From a virus (taxonomy: Duplodnaviria; Caudoviricetes), in the IMG/VR virus record IMGVR_UViG_3300006192_000028, positions 1-28,168 of that record: a stretch of 28,168 bases of DNA. One strand, given 5' to 3'. A program made the position numbers and the translations under genes. Shown here piece after piece: positions 8,735 to 16,520 of the stretch (within the stretch, counting starts at the first letter, position 1; every line of letters starts with the position of its first letter). The notes under the pieces are model-generated. The model was not told the DNA's origin. It saw only the letters and a list, made by a program, of their open reading frames with translations, and did no database searches.

Positions 8735-9314
8735 GATTGAGCGCCTTCTTCATGGTTTGGTCCGTGTTTGTACCGTGAATGACCATGGTGAAGGAGGCCA
8801 AGTAAAGGTCACCGATGGTGAGCTGAACAGCACTTGGTTAGACCGAGCGGTTGACCGGGCTGGTGAAGACCGAGAGTGGAAGCCGTTGGACATTGGCGAG
8901 CAAGTTGTTGTGCTTTGTCCCTCTGGTGATTTTGCTCAAGGGATCATCATTGCCAGCTTGTACCAGGAAGGGCATCCGGCACCCAGCAGTAACCTCAATG
9001 AGGAGCGCAAGGTGTTTAAGGATGGCACGGTGGTGAGCTATGACCGAGAAAGCCACCGGTACCTTCTGGACGTGAAGGGGGCCGATGCCACGGTTGATGT
9101 GATTTCAGCGGGGACGCTGAATATCAAAACGACAAAAGACATCAAGGTGGAAACCTCTGCCAATGCCAAGGTGAACGCCAGCGGCAATGCGGATGTGACT
9201 GCCGCAAAAATCGGCCTGAATGGTGGTGCGCCGTGCGTTACAACAGCTCATACTTGCCACTTTACTGGCAACCCTCATGGGGATGGGTCCAGCACAGTGA
9301 CGGCGGGGAAATAA
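8712..9314 (+). CDS. Baseplate central spike (P2 gpV-like)
   Basis: W..LDIGEQVVVLCPSGD OB-fold motif, F.DGT.V.YD motif, beta-helix repeats; start taken at ATG 8712. Confidence 0.9.
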   Translation: MQGLQIAEIERLLHGLVRVCTVNDHGEGGQVKVTDGELNSTWLDRAVDRAGEDREWKPLDIGEQVVVLCPSGDFAQGIIIASLYQEGHPAPSSNLNEERKVFKDGTVVSYDRESHRYLLDVKGADATVDVISAGTLNIKTTKDIKVETSANAKVNASGNADVTAAKIGLNGGAPCVTTAHTCHFTGNPHGDGSSTVTAGK

Positions 9315-9315
9315 C

Positions 9316-9513
9316 ATGGCTTTAAATGCTCAGACTCTTGAAAGCCTGATCACGTCAAAATTGCAGGCGGCAGGCTTTAAAACCTCTGGTCAACATGCTC
9401 AATCCGCCAAGATGGCTAAAGCCATTGCAGAGGCCGTGGTGGAGCATATCACCGGAGCGGCAGAAGTGCCGGTCACTGGCGGTTCCAGTGCTGGTACATA
9501 CAAAGTTAAGTAG
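9316..9513 (+). CDS. Small baseplate-associated hypothetical protein
   Basis: 65-aa ORF tightly packed between spike and gpW-like genes. Confidence 0.7.
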   Translation: MALNAQTLESLITSKLQAAGFKTSGQHAQSAKMAKAIAEAVVEHITGAAEVPVTGGSSAGTYKVK

Positions 9514-9520
9514 GTGGAAT

Positions 9521-9859
9521 ATGCAAGGGATGAACGCACAGACCGGTGTTGTCCTGTCTGGGGTTTCCCACTTGCGCCAGTCCGTCCTCAATATTTTGAC
9601 CACCCCGCTGGGTAGCCGTGTCTACCGGCGAGAATATGGCTCCCGACTTTTTGATCTTATAGACCAGCCGACCAATGAAGCCTGGGCTGTGGAGGTGTAT
9701 GCCGCCACGGCAGAGGCTTTGGCCCGTTGGGAGCCGAGGATAAGGCTCAAGCGGGTTCAGGTTTACCGCCAGGATAACGGCTCCATGCTGATTGACCTGG
9801 AAGGCGAGTACCTGGTCAACGGTGAGTCGATTCTTTTAGACGGCCTGCAGGTGGGGTGA
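9521..9859 (+). CDS. Baseplate wedge protein (P2 gpW / T4 gp25-like)
   Basis: HLRQSV.NILTTP.GSRVYRREYGS and ALARWEPRI motifs. Confidence 0.93.
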   Translation: MQGMNAQTGVVLSGVSHLRQSVLNILTTPLGSRVYRREYGSRLFDLIDQPTNEAWAVEVYAATAEALARWEPRIRLKRVQVYRQDNGSMLIDLEGEYLVNGESILLDGLQVG

Positions 9860-9860
9860 T

Positions 9861-10796
9861 ATGACCGCATTTAAACTCTTGGACCTGTCGAAGGTCCCGG
9901 TCCCGGACATTATCACGTCCCCGGACTTTGAAACGAAATACGAAGAACTAAAGGCCATCTTGGTCGGTTTCAATCCAGATTATGCCGAAGTGTTGCAGCT
10001 GGAGTCTGACCCGTTGGCTGGAGCCTTGCAAACCTTCGCTTATCGCGAACTGGTGCTCGAGGCCAAAATTAACGATGCCACCCGAGCGAACATGCTGGCA
10101 TCGTCAAAAGGAAATGACCTGGACGGGATTGGTGCTCGCTACAACGTGGAGCGACTGGTTGTTCAGGAAGGGGATGAGCTGGCACGGCCACCGATTCCCC
10201 GCATCATGGAAGATGATGACAGCTACCGCCGCCGGATTCAGATGGCGTTTGATGGTTTGAACACGGCGGGCAGTGATGATGCTTATGTGTTTCATGCACT
10301 GTCGGCCAGTGGCAAGGTGTTGGATGCGGATGCAACCAGCCCGAGCCCGTGCAACATGGTGGTGACGGTATTAAGCCGGGACGGCAACGGCACCCCGGAT
10401 AATGACCTGCTGGTTGCGGTTCGCCGTTACTTCGGTTTGACCGATGATGGTTTAGCGCCTGCCAAGCAGACGTCAAAGGTTCGCCCGTTGGGTGATCGTG
10501 TGATGGTGGTTCCGGCCAATGTGACCGAGTATGCGGTCGTTGCTGAGCTGACGATTCTGCCTGGTCCTGCTGGTGATGTGATTCGCCAGACTGCCGAAGC
10601 GGCGGTGCTTGAGTATGTCAACGACCGGCACAAGCTGGGTTATGACGTGACCCGCTCTGGTCTGTATGCCGCCTTGCACCGTCCAGGCGTTCACAATGTC
10701 CGGTTAATCAGCCCAGCAGCTGACCTGGTGATGGATAACACACAGGCTGCATTTTGCACTGGTGTGACCGTTACGGTGGGAGGGGTGGATGAGTAA
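9861..10796 (+). CDS. Baseplate protein (P2 gpJ-like)
   Basis: LDLSKVPVP, LESDP, EDDDSYRRR, TAGS..AY.FHA and VRPLGDRV motifs. Confidence 0.95.
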   Translation: MTAFKLLDLSKVPVPDIITSPDFETKYEELKAILVGFNPDYAEVLQLESDPLAGALQTFAYRELVLEAKINDATRANMLASSKGNDLDGIGARYNVERLVVQEGDELARPPIPRIMEDDDSYRRRIQMAFDGLNTAGSDDAYVFHALSASGKVLDADATSPSPCNMVVTVLSRDGNGTPDNDLLVAVRRYFGLTDDGLAPAKQTSKVRPLGDRVMVVPANVTEYAVVAELTILPGPAGDVIRQTAEAAVLEYVNDRHKLGYDVTRSGLYAALHRPGVHNVRLISPAADLVMDNTQAAFCTGVTVTVGGVDE

Positions 10797-11532
10797 TTCA
10801 CTGTTACCGCCTAACGCCAGCGGGCTAGAACGTGACATCGAGCAGGTGATCGTTCAATCGACAGACTTGCCGATTCGCATCAAGAACCTGTGGGACCCAT
10901 ATTCCTGCCCTTTGTCGTTGCTGCCTTGGCTGGCCTGGGCCCTGTCTGTGGATGAGTGGGACGACCGCTGGCCGGAGCATATCAAGCGGCAGGTGGTGCA
11001 AGATTCTTTTGATGTTCACCGTTTTAAAGGCACCCCGTATGCGGTGCAAAAGGCGCTGGACAGTTTGAATATCAAAACGCACCTGCGGGAGTGGTGGGAG
11101 CCTGACGGAAGCCAGGAGCCCGGCACCATGACCGTGGTGGCCTTGATTAACGAAAACCTGACCGACGATGACAACGGGCTGATAACCGAAGCCATGCTGG
11201 AGCAGGTCACCCGGGTTATTCATACCGCTAAGCGCGGCGTGATCCACTTTGATGTGGAGCTAGGCATTAGCCTGGAGGAGACCTTGGGCCTCTCTGGTGC
11301 TATTGGGCCCTCTATCGCAGAGATAGACTTTTCTTCTGATTTTCTACCTATTGTTCCGGAGAAAGGTAGTGCTGACATGGCTTTTTCTGCAGCGCTCTAT
11401 GGTATTGGCTCTGCTGATTTTCTTGCTGATATGTCTGGTGTTATTCCAGATGAGTCCAGCAGCCATGTTTTTGTTTGTGGTGGGCTGGCTGGAATATCTG
11501 CATCGTGGTTGGAATTTGAAGGAGACCTTTAA
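10789..11532 (+). CDS. Baseplate/tail protein (P2 gpI-like) with C-terminal extension
   Basis: SLLPPNAS.LE, LWDP.SCP..LLPWLAWALSVDEW and H..KGT motifs. Confidence 0.92.
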   Translation: MSNSLLPPNASGLERDIEQVIVQSTDLPIRIKNLWDPYSCPLSLLPWLAWALSVDEWDDRWPEHIKRQVVQDSFDVHRFKGTPYAVQKALDSLNIKTHLREWWEPDGSQEPGTMTVVALINENLTDDDNGLITEAMLEQVTRVIHTAKRGVIHFDVELGISLEETLGLSGAIGPSIAEIDFSSDFLPIVPEKGSADMAFSAALYGIGSADFLADMSGVIPDESSSHVFVCGGLAGISASWLEFEGDL

Positions 11533-12068
11533 TGGCAGGGTTAAAACTGCAATTCACTGAGGCCGGGCTGGCAGAGCTTATCTCTGCAAAAGAGCAGGGC
11601 ATCAAGGGGGCTATTTCTCATCTTGCTTTTGGCGATATGGCTTACACGCCAAATAAGTCTCAGACGAGACTGCAGCGAGAGCAAGAGCGAGTAGAGATAG
11701 CTGATTATCAGGATGGTGGGCTGTCTTTGCGGATGGCTGCTGTTTTCTCGGGTGAGAAAGAATATGCAATCAGAGAGATAGGCGTCTTCTTATCAACAGG
11801 CACTCTTTTAGGTGTTTATTCGCAATCAGGGAAAACCATTGGCTACAGAACTCCGTCCGTAAAAGTTATGCAGTGGTTTACGTTAAATATAACGGCATTG
11901 CCTTCGGACAGCGTAACGGTCGTCGTTGGAACTGAGAACTTAAACTTAATTCTTGATGCGGAGTTTATGGAAAGCGCTGCCTCCTTTATGAGGCTTGGTG
12001 CCGCAACAATTAAGCAGGCGCTGTGGAATTTACAACTTAGCGAAAAAATCCGAGCTTTGGAGAGCTGA
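11532..12068 (+). CDS. Tail fibre baseplate-attachment protein (P2 gpH N-terminal domain only)
   Basis: T.AGLA.L, AFGD and IREIGVF..GTL motifs of gpH-type N-termini; only 178 aa, ends in a predicted helix. Confidence 0.8.
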   Translation: MAGLKLQFTEAGLAELISAKEQGIKGAISHLAFGDMAYTPNKSQTRLQREQERVEIADYQDGGLSLRMAAVFSGEKEYAIREIGVFLSTGTLLGVYSQSGKTIGYRTPSVKVMQWFTLNITALPSDSVTVVVGTENLNLILDAEFMESAASFMRLGAATIKQALWNLQLSEKIRALES

Positions 12069-12071
12069 TTA

Positions 12072-13304
12072 ATGGGAACAATTACAGAGCAAATTGAAAG
12101 CTTAAAAACTGCCTCCGCTGAGCAAACAGCCGCATCTCAGGCGCTGGCTCAGGAAGTATCAGGCAAAATGGCCGCCATCGATAAAAAGACTAATGACTCG
12201 ATAGCTAAAGTCGAAAGTACCTATGACCAAAAGGCCAACGGCTTGACGATCATTGCTACGGACGGCTATCGCAAAGCGGTCGAGCATAATTCAGGCGGTC
12301 GAAACACAGTCATTTATGATGCCCAGGGCAACCCTAATATCATGTGCGTCATCCCGCGCTTCAACATTGAAGACCTGGGATTAACAGAGCTTGATCTTGG
12401 CACAGGTGTTCACCCTGCATTTGTAACGAACGGAGCGCCTCGCGGCGAAATCCTTGTCGGCAAATATCTGGCGTCATCGGCGGCGGGCGGTTCTGCCGTT
12501 ATCGGTGGCCCTCAGCCGCGAACCTCAGTTAACTATGACACTGCAAAGCAGCTTTGCACGCAGAAGGGTGACAACTGGCACCTTATGTCGATTCACGAGT
12601 GGGCCGCCATTGCACTCTGGTCTCTGGCCAATGGTACTGTGCCTCGTGGTAATACGAACTATGGTCGCAGCCACGAAGCGAAGTGGGAAAACGCTCGACG
12701 TGCCGACAACGGACTGCCTGGCGATACCAGTGGCACTGGGCGAACCGACACAGGCAAGGGCCCCGCAACGTGGAATCACGATCATACTGAGTTCGGCGTA
12801 TGTGACCTGGTCGGCAACGTCTGGGAATGGATTGACCAGATGAAATTGGATGACGGCCAAATCCTGACAACGCTGGATAACAACCCGACGGTTGCTGAGG
12901 CTAACTGGCATCGCCACCCAGCCTATTTTGATTCGACATCCGACAACCAGAGCGGTGCTGGCAACAATGGTTCACCGGTGCTCAGCAACTCGGTTACCAA
13001 GCGTAACGGGCCTACCGATGACGATAGTCACGACTATCCGTACATGCACAACCCGCACTTTGCTGCGATCACAAAGTCGGCTGGATATACGCCTAACGAG
13101 CTGCTGCGTCGATTGCTCATCGAGTCAGCAACCGCAACGACAGTTGGCGGCGGCCTCTGGTGTCGCAACTATGGCGACCGATTCCCGCGTCGCGGGGGCG
13201 GCTGGGGCAGTGGCTCGGACGCGGGGCTGGGCGCGCTCAGTCTGGACAGTGCGCGGTCGTACTCGTACAGTTACATCGGTTTTCGCCCCGCTTTCTTTGT
13301 GTAA
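12072..13304 (+). CDS. DGR target protein: receptor-binding tail-fibre tip with FGE-sulfatase/C-type lectin fold (Mtd-like)
   Basis: N-terminal coiled-coil-like segment; GVCDLVGNVWEW and terminal RGG.W...GFRPA motifs; VR in the last codons; tail-fibre locus. Confidence 0.92.
   Translation: MGTITEQIESLKTASAEQTAASQALAQEVSGKMAAIDKKTNDSIAKVESTYDQKANGLTIIATDGYRKAVEHNSGGRNTVIYDAQGNPNIMCVIPRFNIEDLGLTELDLGTGVHPAFVTNGAPRGEILVGKYLASSAAGGSAVIGGPQPRTSVNYDTAKQLCTQKGDNWHLMSIHEWAAIALWSLANGTVPRGNTNYGRSHEAKWENARRADNGLPGDTSGTGRTDTGKGPATWNHDHTEFGVCDLVGNVWEWIDQMKLDDGQILTTLDNNPTVAEANWHRHPAYFDSTSDNQSGAGNNGSPVLSNSVTKRNGPTDDDSHDYPYMHNPHFAAITKSAGYTPNELLRRLLIESATATTVGGGLWCRNYGDRFPRRGGGWGSGSDAGLGALSLDSARSYSYSYIGFRPAFFV
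13176..13292 (+). repeat. DGR variable repeat (VR)
   Basis: 117-bp ungapped match to 13730-13846 with 15 mismatches, 13 of them opposite TR adenines. Confidence 0.97.
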
Positions 13305-13325
13305 CTGTTAACTGATTCTTTGGAT

Positions 13326-13343
13326 GGCGCACGGTAGTGCGCC
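13326..13343 (+). promoter_or_regulatory. DGR target-recognition hairpin/cruciform downstream of VR and IMH
   Basis: GGCGCAC-GGTA-GTGCGCC, perfect 7-bp GC-rich stem 21 nt after the target stop codon, no U-tract. Confidence 0.8.
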
Positions 13344-13364
13344 CTTTAGTTGTGCGGAGGCAAG

Positions 13365-13721
13365 TTGACAACGCTAATCATTGAAGAAAAATGCCGGGAA
13401 ATGATGATGTACGGCTATCAAGCAATAAAGCAGTTTCCGAAACATGAGCGCCATGTTTTAGGCGCGGAAATCAGGCTTTCAATGCTGCAACTTCAAAGAT
13501 TGATCATCACGGCATTTAAGCGATACCACAAGAAGACGACCCTGACCGATTTAGATATCGAGCTTGCCATCCTGAAGCGGCGAGTCAGGCTCGCCAAGGA
13601 CTTGCGGTATATCGACATCAAGAGATACGAAATATGGGTCGGCCAACTGGTTGAGCTTGGGAAAATGATAGGCGGCTGGATACGCTCCGTTAATACCAAG
13701 CAACAGGGGACGGCATTATGA
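13365..13721 (+). CDS. avd: DGR accessory variability determinant (Avd, four-helix bundle)
   Basis: FPKHERHVLGAEIR, LD.EL..L...VRLA.DL.YI and ELGKMIGGWI motifs; TTG start at 13365 after GGAGG (start uncertain). Confidence 0.92.
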   Translation: MTTLIIEEKCREMMMYGYQAIKQFPKHERHVLGAEIRLSMLQLQRLIITAFKRYHKKTTLTDLDIELAILKRRVRLAKDLRYIDIKRYEIWVGQLVELGKMIGGWIRSVNTKQQGTAL

Positions 13722-14995
13722 ATACGCGGAACCGATTCCCGCTTCGCGGGGGCAACTGGAACAATGGCTCGAACGCCGGGCTGGGCGCGCTCAATCTGAA
13801 CAATGCGCGGTCGAACTCGAACAGTAACATCGGTTTTCGCCCCGCTCTTGATGTAGCCAGAAACAACCATCCCAAGGGATGCTGTCAGTGCAATCATGAA
13901 AAGGATGCCGCCTCCTCGGCCATAGCCGGAACAGATATAAAGCCCATTGATGCGTCACTGGGCTGCTCATTTGAGAAGATATTTGATTTTGAAAATCTTT
14001 TATCAGCGGCATACTCATGCCGAAAGGGAAAAACAAAGGCGAACGCAACGCTGGTTTTCTTCAACAACCTGGAAGAGAACATCATAGAAATACAAAACGA
14101 GCTGATGTGGGGCATGTACAAAATGTCACCCTATCACCATTTTTACGTATTCGAGCCGAAGCGCCGCCTGATATCAGCCCCTCACTTTAAGGACAGGGTT
14201 GTCCATCGGGCTATATACAATGTTATCGAGCCACTGTTTGACAAAACCTACATCTATGACTCATACGCATGTAGACGAGGGAAAGGCACCCACAAAGGCG
14301 CTGACAGGGCTCAATATTTTATTAAGAAGGTAGAGTCAAAGCATGGCAAGGCGTATGCGTTAAAAGCGGATATTAGCCGTTACTTTTCGAGCATAGACCA
14401 CCAAGTATTGAAGTCTATTCTGGCGGCAAAAATACAATGCCAGAGAACGCTTGATCTGCTGTTTTACATCATTGATAACAGCCCTTGCGAATCAATGGGT
14501 GTAGGCATTCCGCTGGGTAACCTTACCAGTCAGATTTTTGCAAACGTGTACCTGCACGAGCTTGATAGATATGCAAAGCACGCACTTGGCGCAAAACACT
14601 ACATCCGCTACATGGACGATTTTGCCATCATTCACCACGACAAGACTGTGCTGCACCAGTGGAGAAAGGATATAGAGGAATTCCTGCACCTTTACCTGAG
14701 ATTAAAAACGAACAGCAAGACGCAGGTTTTCCCTATCTCAACGAGTAACGGCAGGAGCTTGGACTTTCTCGGGTATCGAATTTATTCGAGCCATAGGTTG
14801 CTGAGAAAATGCAGCGTCAAGCGAATTAAGACAAAACTTAAAAAGTATCGGTCTCAGTTCGCTAAAGGTGAGATAAGTCTCTCTGATATAAATCAGAACA
14901 TTCAATCCTGGCTTGGCCATGCTGGTCACGCCAGCACCTACAACCTTAAAAAGGCTCTTTTTGCTGAGCCATTCAGGAGGAAAACAGATGTTTAG
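13718..14995 (+). CDS. DGR reverse transcriptase
   Basis: EPKRRLI.AP.F.DRVVH, KADISRYF, GIPLGNLTSQIFAN (DGR-type SQ motif), YIRYMDDF, DFLGY; no frameshift or stop. Confidence 0.96.
   Translation: MNTRNRFPLRGGNWNNGSNAGLGALNLNNARSNSNSNIGFRPALDVARNNHPKGCCQCNHEKDAASSAIAGTDIKPIDASLGCSFEKIFDFENLLSAAYSCRKGKTKANATLVFFNNLEENIIEIQNELMWGMYKMSPYHHFYVFEPKRRLISAPHFKDRVVHRAIYNVIEPLFDKTYIYDSYACRRGKGTHKGADRAQYFIKKVESKHGKAYALKADISRYFSSIDHQVLKSILAAKIQCQRTLDLLFYIIDNSPCESMGVGIPLGNLTSQIFANVYLHELDRYAKHALGAKHYIRYMDDFAIIHHDKTVLHQWRKDIEEFLHLYLRLKTNSKTQVFPISTSNGRSLDFLGYRIYSSHRLLRKCSVKRIKTKLKKYRSQFAKGEISLSDINQNIQSWLGHAGHASTYNLKKALFAEPFRRKTDV
13730..13846 (+). ncRNA. DGR template repeat (TR), core of the DGR RNA
   Basis: Invariant-type copy of VR with 11 AAC/AAT codons and 25 adenines; between avd and the RT core. 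Confidence 0.95.
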
Positions 14996-15263
14996 TTACA
15001 TCTTTCAGGGTCGAACTCACACAGACACGACCCGCAGCTATATGAATTCGCTTGGCATGACTCAGGAGCAGGTCGACTCTGTTCTTCAGCAAAAAGACTT
15101 TGAAGAGGCTCAAAACCTCGTCAAGAGAAAAGAGGCTTACCGCCTCGAGTCAGACCCTCTTTTTATGGAATGGCAGTACGACAATACGCCTGAGTCTGAG
15201 CAAGCATGGCGTGAAAAGGTAGCGGAAATCAAAACCCGCTATCCACTACCAAGCGAATCATAA
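14988..15263 (+). CDS. Probable tail fibre assembly chaperone (91 aa)
   Basis: ATG at 14988 after AGGAGG; R..AY..ESDPLF.EW...AW..KV.EIK.RYP motif typical of proteins encoded after tail fibres. Confidence 0.7.
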   Translation: MFSYIFQGRTHTDTTRSYMNSLGMTQEQVDSVLQQKDFEEAQNLVKRKEAYRLESDPLFMEWQYDNTPESEQAWREKVAEIKTRYPLPSES

Positions 15264-15267
15264 ACCC

Positions 15268-15289
15268 GCCGCCTAACAGGCGGTTTTTT
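15268..15289 (+). terminator. Intrinsic terminator
   Basis: CCGCCT-aac-AGGCGG followed by T6. Confidence 0.8.
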
Positions 15290-15301
15290 AATGCCTAATC
15301 G

Positions 15302-15328
15302 AAGCCCTGGCCTGTGCCGGGGCTTTTT
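15302..15328 (+). terminator. Second intrinsic terminator
   Basis: AAGCCCTGGC-ctgt-GCCGGGGCTT followed by TTT. Confidence 0.75.
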
Positions 15329-15358
15329 AGTTTGCAACTCAACGAAACGAGACCCGCA

Positions 15359-16519
15359 ATGGCTGAACAATACCTACACGGCGCAGAAGTCGTCGAAATT
15401 GATAATGGGGCCCGCCCCATTCGCACCGCTCAAAGTGGTGTGATTGGTTTGGTGGGGACGGCACCTGATGCCGATGCCACCGCCTTTCCTCTGAATACGC
15501 CGGTACTGATTGCCGGTAGCCGCCGAGAAGCGGCCAAGCTGGGAGCAGGTGGTACATTGCCACAGGCAATTGATGGCATTTTTGACCAGACTGGCGCAGT
15601 GGTGGTGGTGATTCGCGTGGATGAGGGCGTGGATAGCGCGGCCACTCAATCCAATGTGATCGGCAAAGTGGATGCCGACACCGAGCAGTACACCGGCATT
15701 CTGGCGCTGCTGTCTGCCGAGAACACCGTCAAGGTGCAGCCTCGCATTTTGATTGCCCCTGGTTTCTCAAACCAAAAAGCAGTCGCTGACCAGCTGGTGA
15801 GCGTAGCCGAGAAATTGCGTGGCTATGTCATTCTGGATGGCCCAAACACCACCGATGCCGCCGCGATTACCTACCGTGAACTGTTCGGCAGTCGCCGCTG
15901 TGAAGTGGTGGACCCTTGGTACAAGGTATGGGATGTGGAGACCAGTGCTCACATTATCCAGCCGCCTTCGGCTCGCCATGCTGGTGTGATGGCGAAAGTC
16001 CACAATACGCTGGGTTTTTGGTGGTCCAACTCAAACCAGGAAATCCTGGGCATTGATGGTCTGACCCGTCCGGTGGATTTCAAGCTGGATGACCCGACCT
16101 GTCGCGCAAACTTGCTGAACGCAAGCGAAGTGACCACAACCATTCAGCAAAATGGTTTCCGTGTGTGGGGTGACCGCACTTGTTCAGCTGACTCTAAGTG
16201 GGCATTCAAGAACGTGGTCATTACCAACGATATGATTGCGGATAGCCTGGTGCGAGAGCATTTATGGGCGGTTGACCGCAACATCACCAAAACCTACGTC
16301 GAAGACGTGACGGAAGGGGTGAACAACTACCTGCGCCACCTCAAAAACATCGGTGCGATTGCCGGTGGTGAGTGCTGGGTGGACCCGGAGCTGAACAGCC
16401 CCGACCAAATTCAACAGGGTAAAGTCTACTTCGATTATGACTTTAGCGCCTACGCGCCTGCAGAGCACATCACGTTCCGCAGCCACATGGTTAACGGCTA
16501 TCTGACGGAGGTTGTGTAA
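15359..16519 (+). CDS. Contractile tail sheath (P2 gpFI-like)
   Basis: YLHG.EV.E, VIGLVGTAPDAD, PRILIAPG, GFW.S.SN and GFRVWGDRT motifs. Confidence 0.96.
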   Translation: MAEQYLHGAEVVEIDNGARPIRTAQSGVIGLVGTAPDADATAFPLNTPVLIAGSRREAAKLGAGGTLPQAIDGIFDQTGAVVVVIRVDEGVDSAATQSNVIGKVDADTEQYTGILALLSAENTVKVQPRILIAPGFSNQKAVADQLVSVAEKLRGYVILDGPNTTDAAAITYRELFGSRRCEVVDPWYKVWDVETSAHIIQPPSARHAGVMAKVHNTLGFWWSNSNQEILGIDGLTRPVDFKLDDPTCRANLLNASEVTTTIQQNGFRVWGDRTCSADSKWAFKNVVITNDMIADSLVREHLWAVDRNITKTYVEDVTEGVNNYLRHLKNIGAIAGGECWVDPELNSPDQIQQGKVYFDYDFSAYAPAEHITFRSHMVNGYLTEVV

Positions 16520-16520
16520 G

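Noticed and set aside
13365-13395. Perfect TTGACA as an internal promoter for the DGR RNA
   Set aside because: No credible -10 at 16-18 bp, and the hexamer coincides with the probable avd start codon
13718-14995. RT as a group II intron, retron or defence-associated RT
   Set aside because: No intron domains or msr/msd repeats; the SQ motif, avd and adenine-specific TR/VR pair identify a DGR
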